Assembly (NCBI GenBank): GCA_965603825.1
Contig: CBFDEM010000004.1
Coordinates: 62,001 to 126,000, forward strand
Direction: 5' to 3'
Source of the DNA: Blepharisma stoltei ATCC 30299
Taxonomy: Eukaryota > Protista > Ciliophora
DNA: 64,000 nucleotides
A program made the position numbers and the translations under genes. Below the pieces are notes generated by a model. The model was not told where the DNA came from. It ran no database searches and saw only the letters and a program-made list of their open reading frames with translations. Below, piece after piece: positions 38,807-52,129 of the stretch; position 1 is the stretch's first letter; each line of letters starts with the position of its first letter.

Positions 38807-41800
38807 CTATCATGGAATAATTTTCATCATTGAATTGATCTTCTGCAAGTATTGTTTTTCTTTCCTAAAAAATATGAAATATAATGAAAAATATATGAAT
38901 ACTGAACTTATAGTAAAAACAGCAAAAGCTGCCTCTATAACTGTGACTTGATCGTCAATCACACCTTGAGAATAGCCATCAATCCCATCAGCCAGATCAC
39001 CATAATTAATAGTCAAAACTTCAATGTTTAAAGCTCAAATTAATCAGAAATCGGGAAGGTTATTTGAATAAGTAATTCAATAACTATCAAATTTTATGAT
39101 ATCTTCAGCAGCATATGCCCCATAATCAAAATAATAATGATCTGATTCGTTTTCAGATTCAAAGAAGCTTTTTTTAAAATTTTCTGATAAAATAGGTAAA
39201 TATTTGGGATCTCTTAAAACCAATTTTGAACGCTCCAGCTTTGCAAGATCATGCTGGAATGCAGATAAACTATTCATTAAAGGGTAATTAGTAGGCAGAA
39301 TATTTGTCAACGGAATCCCCCAATGCTCAAATTGAGAATTTGTCGCTCATATTGCTATAGAATTTTGTAAAATTTGACCACGTATAATTTCTTTTAATAT
39401 TTCTGGTCTATAAGATAAATAATTTGTGCATTTTTCATAGAGGTAGGTGATATTTACGATAGAAAACATTGAGACTATTATAAAATATAAGATAAGCCTT
39501 CATATAAATTTTCAATAATTTCTAAAATTGAAATGTTTTTTTGATGGATTTTCGTTACTAAGTAATATTTCAGGCAGAGAGTGAATGCATTTTAGTCTCT
39601 CCAATAAAGACTCCTTTAACTCAAAATAATGCTCATATGCTTTTTTTCTTAAATTATTTCAAAGTTCGCTTTCAATTTTCACAGTAGAATACCAAAACGG
39701 CATCATAAAGCAAAAACATAAAGCAAGAGCACCAATTCCCAAAATAAGAAAAATAAACATTTCTGATTTAAAATTAGACATAATAACTTTTTGGCAATCC
39801 AAAACTTCATATAAAGAACTATTGCAGTACTCAAATGCTTCTCCATAACCATTAGCTATTAAAAAAGAAGCTCCATCATTATAATCTTCTGAGTTATTAT
39901 ATTTTTTCACAAACTCATTTCCCTGAATATCTCTTACGGTTTGGACAAATTCTGATATCATATCCAATAAATTTATTTTCTTATTAGAATTCCATAACCT
40001 TATATTTTTATCCATAAAAATTTCTCTTCCTGAACAATAATTTCACTCTTCTAAATGAGAAGTAATATTAAGATACAATTCTTTTAAATCAGCATTATAA
40101 GTGATAATTTTATTTCATACTACCTTTAGCACCTGCTGAGTATCAGAGCTTGCTCCTGGGGTAAGTGCCCAAAGTAAATGAGGGGTGTAGGCTACATTTT
40201 GCAATTTTTTGCCTAATCTTCCAAGCGTCAAAGGAAGATCCATATTTCTAATAAAATTAATATTGGTGAAGGCGTAAAATAGCACTGCAATATTTGTGCC
40301 TAAAACTGCTATAATCTATATAAAAAATACCGCTAAAGAAATCGCTAAATGTAAAATATTAATAGATCTTGAAGACGAGGTTATTTGATGAATAAATGTC
40401 CTATGATAAGTAAATTCCGAAATTTGGGATTTTTCTTCAGTTGCTTCTACAGATTCACTTGATTTATTTAAATTCATTTCTGAATGAACATAAATTTCTT
40501 TAATTTCTGAATCTTCTTTATTTATGATACTATTGCGTTCAGTGCTTGCAGCTTTTGATGATAATTGGCTCGCCAAATAAAATTTCTCATCCTCATTTGG
40601 CGTTTTTTTATTTTTTCATCTTTGGATTTCGTCACAGTCATTTGTTATTACAGCATAAAAAACTTTCATTTTATTGACGTGATAATAACATAAAACCAAA
40701 ATAGTTTCAGTTTCGAAATCTGACAGTCTATAAGGGGCAAATCATTGTCAGGCAAAATCTGGTATTTCAGGAAATAAATTTTTAAGGTTATACCCAACTA
40801 AAGTGGTGCTATCATTTTTAAGGAATTTAGCAAAATTTTCTGAGTAACTGCAAATTTCGCCTGTTTCTGAAATTAATGCGACTTGATGTCTAGCTATTTT
40901 GGGTTTGAAAATTAAAATAGAAATAAGAGAATTATGGTGAGAGGTTATTAAAATTTTTCCAGAGCATTCTATTAGAAAATGGGAGGGCAGGATTAAAAAG
41001 AATCGTTCATTTAAGTCTATTTCTGAACAGGAGGCAAAATGAATAGTCCTACGGATCTCTTCATATATTTTTTCACAGTAGTAAGCAGGGATAAATTTTC
41101 TTATACTAGCTCCATTAATACTATAAGTATGGCACTTCATAATTTCACAAGATTTTGGGTTTGAAAAAATAATTTCACCAAAGCTTTCTTTTTCACATGA
41201 AATTATAAAAATTCCATTGATATCATTAAAAAATTCAAAATTTCGTGAATAGGAGTTGATGGTACTTTTACCAAATGACCGTGACTTGTTTTTTAATAAA
41301 TTTGATTTTTCTAAATCGAAAAGAATATCCTTCGCATATGAAGCATAAAGGTCTAAAGATTCTTTAGAATCAAAATATTTTCCTGTTAATTGGCTATATT
41401 TATTATTCAAAAATAGTAATTTTTCTTCTATCCACAAGAGTTTTTTTGACAGCTTTTTAATGTCAGGCCTTGGTGTAATTAATTCTTCTCAGAATTTCAA
41501 TAAATTGACACATAATTTTAAATCTTTCTTTTTTATAATATTTAATTGCTGAAAGTAGTCGATATACTTTGTGCTTTCACTCCTTAGAGATTCAATATTT
41601 TTATGACACAAATATTCTTGAAAATCAGATTCTAAATTTCCTGGAATATTTTTTGTTCTGTTTAGTTTAATTTTTGATAAAGATTCGTCTTGAAGTGTAA
41701 ATAAGCAATAGTTTGTAACCCATAGAATTTGGAACTTTTCGTGGTACAAATACTTTTCTATAAAGAAAATTTCGAAGAGGTAAATTATTTGGTCTTTATT

Positions 41801-42931
41801 TTCAGAATCTTCTAAGAGTAGCGATTTCCTAAGACATTTTTCTAGTTTATATACACAATTTATTCCGTCTAAACCTTTTGGAAGATTTATAATGAAGCCT
41901 TTTTGACATTTTAAAGTAAACTGATAAATGAAGACAGTTGCTACAGGTCCTAAAATAGTGACTATCAAAATAATTAATATCGAATTATCCATCCAATACC
42001 CAAAAATAAATCCAAAGGATACTACAGAAATAGCAAAAAGCTTAATAGCTAGCGCTAAATTGCAATATGTCGAAAAATACGGTAAAAATACTATAGTTTC
42101 TATTGTCAAAATTATTGAAATCATCAATAAAGCACACTGATAATAAATAATATAATCTTCGTCCAATAATACATAAAATATTGGAGAAAAGTATGATAGC
42201 ATTGCTATATGCACATCAATTTTCGAGTGAGCCTTTGAATTTAATATTTTTGTGCTTAAAGCATGATTTATTTCACCTGAAAATTCAGTATGAAATAAAA
42301 TCAAAGGAAAAGTTATGATCATTGAAAAAATTATAAAAATTTGTAGCATGGCGTTTACCTCAAAGTCTGAGGGCTCATTATCGTTCTGATATTCAGATAC
42401 TTTCCCTGAAGAACTAAAGCTATACTTCAAAAAGATGGAACACAATACCATAGATGGTATAAAAATCAAATTCGATCAGAAACTGAATATTCATTTAAAT
42501 AGTATAAATAATAATCCCGGTAAATTTAAAGAGCGATAGATAATCAAAACTGAAGCCATAATACTGAAAAATATTGTAAAATTAGCAATAATTGATAAGT
42601 ATAAGCACACATCAATAATTCCTAGCTCTGAGCATATATTGTCAAGCCTCAAGTATCCAATAATTTCCCATAGTGCCATATTTTCATCTCAGTCCTTAAT
42701 TAGAAGATTTGGAATTCATAGTAAACTTGTCATTTGAAAACATCATAATAAATCTTCTAGAGCTTTTCCAATTTTTTGTCTAGGAATTGAGCTTTCGTCA
42801 CTAGAATTATTGTGATAAAGTTGGCAGTAAAATTCGAAAATTGACTGTTTAATTGTTTTCTGCTTTTGACTCTTTCATAAAATTTTGCTGAAAGCAGACG
42901 GTTCATTCATTTCAGAATAGAGTTCAAACAT
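38807..42931 (-). CDS. Copy H: TmcB/TmcC-like PAS membrane protein (~1364 aa)
   Basis: ATG 42931 (MFELYSEMNE); ends CCA TGA TAG. Introns 40316-40330 and 39923-39937 (GTAAGAGATATTCAG). Confidence 0.88.
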
Positions 42932-42965
42932 TAATAATTTAATAGAGGTTCAATGATTAAAAAAT

Positions 42966-42983
42966 GCAGGCTTTAAAGCCTGC
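42966..42983. promoter_or_regulatory. Perfect 18-bp palindrome ~35 bp upstream of the copy H start
   Basis: GCAGGCTTTAAAGCCTGC is its own reverse complement. A regulatory role is only inferred from its position. Confidence 0.3.
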
Positions 42984-43556
42984 TTCGAACACTAGAAGAA
43001 ATAGACCATCTTTTAAGAAAGTTTTATTATAAATAAAATTAGCAAACTATTTATTGTTTGCTATTATAAATGGATCTAAAAAAAAATTTAAAAATCGATA
43101 AAGCTTTGTTTTATAGTAAAAACAATGACATATCTAAATTTTTAGAAAAAGTTTAACGAATTATTGAAAATCAAAAATTTCAAAAAAGAAATTACAAGTA
43201 TAAGAATAATTTTATTTTAATCTTTTCGATTTCGTTAATAAATCTTGAATTTATTAAAAATTATTATTCGAAATTTTTATTAAAAGCAGTCACTGAGTGT
43301 TAAAAATTCTAGGAAAATTTAAAGGATTTTATTAATTAATGCTTATCACTTGGAAAATATTCAGAAAATTAGAAATGCAAAAAAACAAGAAAAATGAATA
43401 CCAATGGATTATTTTTTGGATTTGATTCTGTTAGCATTTTTCTCTATCAGAAAGCGCATAATGTATTTATAGCTTATCCCAATTGCTATTTGATTAGAAA
43501 GGAAATAAGAAAAGAGTCACTTATTACTTATATATAAACTAGAATTATTATCCTCA

Positions 43557-46500
43557 TTAAGGAATAATTTTCATAATTGAATTGATTTTTCGCAAATAAT
43601 GTTTTTCTTTCCTAAAAAACTGAAAATATAGTAAAAAATAAATAAACCCTGAGCTCATAGCAAAAACCACAAAAGCCATTGTTATAATTTTGACTTGATC
43701 TTCAATTACACTTTGTGAATACCCATCAATCTCAATAGAAAAATCACGATAAGTTCTAGCCGATTCTTCAAGATTCACAATTCAAAATAATCAAAAATTG
43801 GTGTCTAAATTTGAATAAGTAACAGAGTAACTATCAAAATTTATGATATCTTCAGCGGCAAATGCCCCATAATCAAAATAATATCAATTTGGATCATTTT
43901 CTTGTTCAAAGAAGAGCCTTTTAAATTTTTCTGATAAAATAGGCAAATATTTATGATCCCTCAAAATCAGTCTTGAGCGTTCAACATTTTTTATGTAATT
44001 TTGAAATGTAGGCAAACTATTGACCAAAAAATACTCATTAGGAATATAATTTGCTAATGGCAATCCTCAACGCTCCAATTGAGAATTTGTTGACGCTATG
44101 GCTATTAAGTTTAAAAAAAATTGTCCACGTATAAGCTCTTTAATTATTTCTGGTCTATATGATAAATAATCTGTGCATTTTTTGTAGAGATAAGCTATAT
44201 TTATAATAGAAAACAGTGCAACGACTATAAAATATACAAAGATTCTTCAAATGTATTTTCAGTAATTTTTATAGGTAAAACTCTTATTTGAAGGATTATT
44301 TTTGCTAATTGAAATTTCATTTTGAGAATGAATGCATTTTAGTCTGTCGATTAAGGACTGTTTTAGCTCAAAATAATGCTCATATACGTTTGTCCTTAGA
44401 TTGTTTCAAAGATCACTTTCTATTTTGACAGTAGAATACCAAAATGGTATCATTATGCAAACACATAAGCCAAGAACACCAATCCCCAACATAAGAAAAA
44501 TGAAAATTTGGTCTTTGAAGCCAGACATTATTATTTTTTGGCATTCGATAATTTCAAATAAAGAACTATTGCAGTATGCAAATACTTTTCCATAACTATT
44601 AGCTGTTAAAAATAATGCTTCAGCATCATAATTTTCTGAATTGTTATACTTTCTAACAAATTCATTTCCCTAAATAATTTTTACCGTTTGTAAAAACTCT
44701 GAAATCATATCTAATAAGTTTATTTTCTTATCAGAATTCCATAGCTTTATATTGTCCTCCATAAATATTTCTTTCCCAGAACAATAATTTCACTCTTCTA
44801 CATGAGAAGTAGCATAAAGATATAGACCTTTTAATTCAATCATATAATTGATAATTTTATATCACCCTACTTTTAATATTTGCTCAACTTCAGAAGTTGC
44901 TATAGGTGTAAGCGCCCAAAGAATATGAGTAGCAAAGCCAACATTATGGATTTTATTCCCTATTTTCCCAAGGGAGATAGGGATGTCCATATTTCGTATA
45001 AAATTTATATTAGAGAAGGTATAAAATAGAACTGCAATATTTGTGCCTAGAACAGCGACAATCTATATAAAAAATACTGCTAAAATGATGGCAGCATGCA
45101 AAATATTTATTGACCTTGCCGATGTAGCTATCTGTTTATGATTTCTCAGCTGACGAGCATTTTCTGAGACCTGGGATTTTTCTTCAGAAAAAGCACGGTC
45201 AGTTCCTTGAGGTGTTTCAATTGAGAAATCTTGGTTTAAATTCATTTCAGAATTTGCATAAATATCCTCTATATCTGGATATTCTTTGTAACAAATTTAG
45301 GGAAATTTTCAGAATATCCACAAATTTCTCCAGTTTCTGATATCAATATAACTTGATGCTTGCGTTTTTTAGGCTTAAAAAGCAATATCGACATAAGATA
45401 ATTTTTATGAGAAGTTATCAAGATTTTCCCAGAGCATTCTAAAAGATAATGAGAAGGATCATTTAAAAAAAATCCTCCACTTAAATCAATTTCAGAATTA
45501 GAGGCAAAGTGGATTATTCTACGAATATCTTCATTTAAATCTTCTATATAATAAGAAGGAATAAGGCTTGCTATATTGGTCCCATCAATATTATGATTCG
45601 GAGATTTCAGGATTTCACTGGATTTTGGGTTTGAAAAAAGAATTTCTCCAAAATTTTCTTCTTCACATGAAATAACAAAAATTCCATAAATTTCATTAAA
45701 AAATTCTAAATTTTTTGAAAATGATTTTTTAGCAGTTTTACTTAACAATTGTGACTTATTTTCTAATAAGTTTGATTTTTCTCGGTCAAAAAGAATGCTT
45801 TTAGTATATGAAGCATAAAGGTCTAAAGACTCCTTGGAGTTGCAGAATTTTGTGGTCAACTGGGTAAATTTATTATCTACTATTAATAATTTTTTGTCTA
45901 TCCATAAAAGATTTTTTGAGAGTTTTACAGTATCAGGTCTTAATGAAACTACTTCTTCTCAAAATTTCAATAAATTGATGCATAATTTTAAATCTTTCTT
46001 TTTTATCATATGAAATTCTTGAAAGTATTCAATAAACTGCTTGCTTTCACTTGATAAAGATTCAATTCTTTTACTACATAAGTATTCTTGGAAATCATTT
46101 TCCAAATTTCCTGAAATATTTTTGGTTTTGCTTAACTTAATTTTAGATAGAGACTCGTCTTTTAGCGTGAATATGCAATAGTTTGTTACCCAGATAACCT
46201 GAAGCTTGTCTCGGGATAAGGAATTTTCAATGAAAAAAGTTTCGAAGAGGTAAATTATTTGATTTTTCTGCTCAGGATCATTTAATATTAGTGAATGTCT
46301 AATAACTTTTTCTAATTTATATGCAGAAATAATAGCAGATAAAGTAGTTGGAAGCCTCATAATCATATTTCTTTGCATTTTCAATACAAATTGATAAATT
46401 AGCGCAGCTGCTAATCGTCCGAAGACTATTGTATTTAAAAGTATTAATAGAGAATTGTCCATTCAGTTCCCTAAAATAAATCCAAAAGACACTAAAGAAA

Positions 46501-47455
46501 TAGCAAAAAGTCTAAGAATTAGTGTCAAATTACAATAGACCGAAAAATAAGGCCAAAAAATTAGAGATTCTATGGTCAAAATAATTGAAATAACCATCAA
46601 AAGACATTGATAATAAATAATGTAATCTTTATCAAATAACACGTAAAATATTGGGGAAAAATATGATAGCATTGCTATATGCAAATTAATTTTCGAGTGA
46701 GCCTTTGATATAAGTATTTTTTTACTTACTGAGTGCCTAATTTCACCTGAAAATTGAGTATGGAATAAAATCAATGGAAAATTAACAATCATTGCACAAA
46801 TTATTAAAATTTGTATAGTAATATTTGCCTCAAAACTTGCCGGCTCATTATTGTGCTCATATTCAGTAATTCTTTCTGCAGGCGTAAAGCTATATTTCAA
46901 AAAGATGGAATACAATACCAAAGATGGTATAAAAATCAAATTTGCCCAGAAATTGAAAATCCATTTTAATAGCAAAAAGACTCATCTTGGCAAATTAGCT
47001 GAACGATAAATCATAAAACTCAAAGTAAATATTCCAAAAAATAATACAAAATTAACCACAATTGATAAATATAAGTATAGCGCTTTCCCGAGGATGGCGC
47101 GGAATGGCGCCATCCTCGGGAAAGCGCTATATGCATCAATAATCCCAAATTCTGAGCATATATTGTCAATTCTAAAGTATCCAATAATTTCTCAAATCTC
47201 TATATTGTTTTTTCAATCTTTTATTGGAAGATTTGGAATTCATAGTAGGCTCATTATTTGAAAGCACCAAACCAAGTCTTCAATCTCTTTTCCAACCTTT
47301 TGCCAAAGCAGTGATATTTCTTCATTAGTTCCATTATGATAAAGTTGGCAGTAAAACTCAAAAACTGATTCTTTAATCGTTTTTAGCTTTTTATTCTTTC
47401 ATAATCATTGGCAGGAACCATATGATTGATTTATCCCAGCTTCAGGTATAGACAT
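43557..47455 (-). pseudogene. Copy I: family gene with a ~310-bp frameshifting internal deletion and a 54-bp palindromic insertion
   Basis: ATG 47455, TAA 43557. Introns 45063-45077 and 44670-44684. FPKFVTKN is fused out of frame to YPDIEDIYANSEM at 45280, giving TAG at 45269; span is not divisible by 3. Confidence 0.85.
47076..47131. mobile_element. 54-bp TA-bounded palindromic insertion (candidate mini-MITE/IES), copy 2
   Basis: TATAG CGCTTT CCCGAGGATGGCGC GGAATG GCGCCATCCTCGGG AAAGCG CTATA: perfect 25-bp stem, 6-nt loop, 33/56 GC. Removal restores IDAYLYLSI, the same peptide as the empty site in copy G (~37970-37995). Confidence 0.85.
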
Positions 47456-47703
47456 AAATGAAACAGATAAATGGAAATTTTAATAAAAAAACGCAATATA
47501 TGTCTATCTTAAAATATTTGCTTTTTTATTTGTGTTAAAAGATTAATAGGCAACGCTTAATTTGCAAAAAATATAAGAACTCTCGTTTGTAATATAAAAT
47601 ATAAGGTATCTTATATAAAATGAAAAGAGCTTCCGTAATGCTGTTTTTTCTTAATAAAAAATAAGGTTATGCATTATAAAAGAATAATCTATAATATATC
47701 GGA

Positions 47704-50700
47704 TTATGATGGAATAATTTCCATCATTAAATTTATTTTCTGTAAATACTGTTTTTCTCTCCTAAAAAACACGAAATATTGTGTAAAGTATATTATAATT
47801 GAGCTTGCAATAAAAAATGAAAACGCCGCTACAATGGTTTTAATCTGATCTTCAACTACACTTTGAGAATATTGGTCAATTTCATCAGTTAGTTCACTAT
47901 AATTGACAATCAATGTGTCAATATTTCTAAGCCAATTTAATCATAGCAAAATTAATTTGTTGGAATGGATGATTACATAGCTGTCAAATCTTACCAATCC
48001 TTCCGCAGCATATACTCCAAAAATAAAATATTTTGATCAAAAATCATAATGGCTTTCATAAAGTTTAGACCTAATATTTTGTGATAAAATTGGCAAGTAC
48101 TTTGGATCCCTTACCATTATTTTTGAGCGGCTAAATCTTAATATATCCTTTTGAAATGCTGCTTCACTGTTCATCAAAGGATATTCACTAGGAGTTTTAT
48201 TTACTGATAAAAGTCCTCAATTTCTGAACTGAGACTCAGTAGCTGATAACCCTATAGAATTTTCCAGCATTTGCTCATGGATTATTTCTTTTATTATTTC
48301 AGGTCTATAAGCTAAATAATCTGTGCACTTTTCATAAAGATAAGTTATATTAATTAACGAAAACATCGTAACAGCTGAAAAATATATGCAAAGCCTTCAT
48401 ATCAATCTTCAATTATTTTTGAAATTAAACTGAGAACTAGTAAAATTTCTATCATTAATTAGCATATCACGCTGATAATGGACAGATTTAAGTCTTTTTA
48501 ATAATGCCAATTTTATTTCAGGATGATAATATACTTTTTTTCTTAAATTATTTCACAAATTGCTTTCAATTTTTGCATTAGAGCACCAAAAAGGGATCAT
48601 ACAGCAAATGCATAAAATAAGTACACCAATCCCTAATACAAGTAAAATAAACATATCCCTTTTAAAGTCAAGCATAATTGATTTTTGGCAGTCCATTACT
48701 TCATATAAAGAATGGTTGCAATACTGAAAAGTGTCTCCAATTCCATTAACATACAAAAAAGAAGCTTCATATGAATAGTCTTCTGAATTATTGGCTTTTC
48801 TGATCATTTCATTTCCCTATATAATTTTTACAGTCTGAATTACTTGTGAAATCATGCCTAATAAATTTACTTTTTTATTGTGCTCTCAATTATATAGCTT
48901 TATTTTTTCATTAATAAAAATTTCTTGTCCTGAGCAATAATTTCAATTTTCTAATTGAGAAGTAACATTTAGATATATGGCTTTTAATTCAGAAATAAAA
49001 GATTCTAATCTAATTCATGACGTTGATATAGCGAGCTCAGTGCCAAAATTTTTATAATCTCCAAGCCTCCAAAGGATGCTTGAAGCTAATGATATATTTT
49101 GCAATTTTTTAGCTACTTTGCCTATTGTGATAGGAAGATCCATGTTTTTAATAAAATCTATGTTTGAATATGCGTAACATAGAACGGCAATATTTGTGCT
49201 TAAAACAGCAAAAATCTGCATAAATATTACTGATAAAATAAAAGCAATATGCAAAATATTTATTGACTGAGAAGATTTTTTCAATAATCGAAGAAATTTA
49301 TTTCTAGGTAAATTTTTGAATGGTTTGTATTTTTCTTTAGTTTCTGATCGATTGCTTTTGGCTGTTTCTGAAGATTCATTGATACTAGTTTGATTTGAAA
49401 TAATTTCAGGATTAACGCAATCTTCTTCTGAAATATGATATAGTCAGTTTTTATTTCCTTCTGAGTTTAATGATCTTATTGAGTTTAGTGATAAAGGACA
49501 GCTTATTAAGTTTGCTTTCTCTTTTTTGCATTTTTTAAGCGCCTTATTTTTATTTATTCAATCTTTGATTTCTTCATGATCATTAATTAATAATGCATGA
49601 AGTATTTTTAATCGGTTTATTTGAAAATAAGATAAAATCAAGATAGTCTGACATTCACAGTTTTTTAAATGATAAGGGATTGATAATTGCAAGTTAAAAT
49701 TTTCGAGTTCGGGAAATACATTTTTAAGACTATGTCCTTTCAAATCATCCTTAAATTTTTCTGCTGCTAAAGGAAAATCTTCGGAATAATCGAAAATTTC
49801 TCCATCCTCAGAAATCAATGCGATTTGACGATTAGTTTGCTTTTTCTGAAAAATAAATATTAAAACAAGATAATTGTCAATTGAGGTTATTATCATTTTT
49901 CCTGTGATTTCTATTAGAAAATTTGTCGGGAGTTTCAAGAAAAATCCTTCTTTTAAATCAATTTCTGAGCTTGAGCCATAATGAATAAGCCAATTAATTT
50001 CGTCTTTTAATTTTCCGCTATAGAATGAAGGAATAAAGTCCATAATGCTGCTCCCATCTGCAAATTTAATAATTTCATTAGCTTTTGTATTAGAAAAAAG
50101 AATTTCACCAAAATTTTCTTCTTCTCCTGATATTACAAAAATTCCATTTGCATCATTAAAGCAGCTAGGATTTCTTGAATAAGAACTTATAGCGCTTTTC
50201 TCATATGATTTTAATTTATTTTCAAGCAAATTAGATTTTTCTCAGTCAAAAAGTATATCTTTTGCATATGAGGCATAAAGCTCTAAAAAATCTTTAGAGT
50301 AAAAAAATTTTGCTGTCAATTGGCTGTATTGATTATTAATGGCTAATATCTTTTCATCAATCCAATTCAGTTTTTTTACCAATCATTTGAGATCAGGTTT
50401 GGACGCAGTTATTTCTTCTCAGAATTTTAATAAATTGAAACACAGTTTGTGATCTTTCTTTTTAATTAGATTTAATTGTTGAAAATAATCAATAAATTGA
50501 ACTGATTCATCTGATGAAGAATTTTGAATATTTTTATTTGATAAATATTCTTGAAAATTTGCTTCTAAATTTAATTCTGAAATATCCATGGTCTTTGTAA
50601 GCTTAACTTTGGCTAAAGACTCATCTTTTAACGTAAATAAACAGTAGTTTGCTATCCAGATACTTTCAAGTTTATTTCGGCAAAAGGGTTTTTCTATATA

Positions 50701-51867
50701 GAAAATTTCGAAGAGGTAGATTATCTGATCTTTGCTTTCAATGCTATTAGAGCATAGGGAGTATCGAAGGGACTTTTCAAGCTGATATGCTGAGTTTATT
50801 TCGGCTAAATTAACTGGAATATTTGAATTTAAATTTTTTTCTAGCTTTAGCACAAAATGAATATTTAGCAGTACGATTAGAGGTCCTAAAATAATCGCAA
50901 ATAGAATAATAAATAACGAATTATCCATTATATATCCCAGAATAAATCCAAAAGATACTAAAGAGACCCCACAAAGCCTAAGAATTTGTGCTAGATTAAA
51001 ATAAATTGAAAAATATGGTAGAAACTGCATAACTTCTACAACAATAGCTGCTGAAATAATCATCATAAAAAATTGAAAATAAATCATGTAGTTATGATCA
51101 AGACATACATAAATTACAGGAGAAAAATAAGTGAAAATTGCTAAATGCAAATCTATTTTAGAATGCGCTTTTGCTTTTAATATTTGGCAACTTACTGAGT
51201 GCCTAATTTCACCTGAAAATTCAGTGTGGAATAAAATCATTGGAAAAGCTACTATCATTGCAAAAATTAACACCAATTGTAAAGGAACATTTATTTCAAA
51301 CTCTGAAAATCCATTGTTGTTTTTATATTCTGTAATACTTTTTTCTGATATGATATTATACTTTAAAAAGATGGAAAATAAAACCATAGACGGTATAAAA
51401 ATCACATTAACCCAAAAATTGAAAATTTGTCTAAAAATGCCGAATATTGATTTTGGCAATCTAAATGAATAATATATCAGCAAAACTAAAACGAAAATAC
51501 TGGAAAAAATAATAAAAATGCTGATTATACATAAATATAGGGATTCTTTTATCATTCCAAACTCCGAAAATATATTGTCAAATCGTAAGTACCCCATGAT
51601 TTCTCATAATGTTATATGCTCATTTCAATGCTTTATTGAAAGGTTTGGAACCCATAGTAAACTTATAATTTGTAAAATTCAAATAATTCCTTCAGTTGCT
51701 TCTTTAACTTTTTGACGAAAAGAATAATTGTCTTCAAGACTTGAGCTATGATAAAGTAGGCGATAAAACTCAAAAAATGATTTTTTAATAGATTTTTCTT
51801 TTCGATTATTTCACAATCTTTGTCTTGAAGATGAGGATTCTTTAATTTCACCTGAAAAAGTTAACAT
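47704..51867 (-). CDS. Copy J: TmcB/TmcC-like PAS membrane protein (~1377 aa)
   Basis: ATG 51867 (MLTFSGEIKE), TAA 47704. Introns 49216-49230 (GTAATATTTATGCAG) and 48817-48831 (GTAAAAATTATATAG). Confidence 0.9.
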
Positions 51868-52129
51868 TTATGGATCAAAAAAACTATAATTAAAATTTTC
51901 ATAAAAATATTATTGAGTATATTAAAATCTGCATCCTAAGAATTTTAAAAACAATTTATAGAGTCTGAACCATTCCTAAGGCGAAAGTAATGGTAAAAAT
52001 TAAAAAATTGGTTAAATTAAGATATTATGCATATTAGTAATTTAAATTGCTTTTGAAGTTGTAAATTCTCGTCTTATTCATATTTAATTACTTTGAGCAT
52101 ACTCCAGGAATATTTTTGAAATAATGGAA

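Noticed and set aside
22194-47131. The two palindromes as CRISPR repeats or rho-independent terminators
   Set aside because: There are only two copies 25 kb apart, no spacers or cas genes, no U-tract, the context is eukaryotic, and both lie inside coding sequence with a TA duplication.
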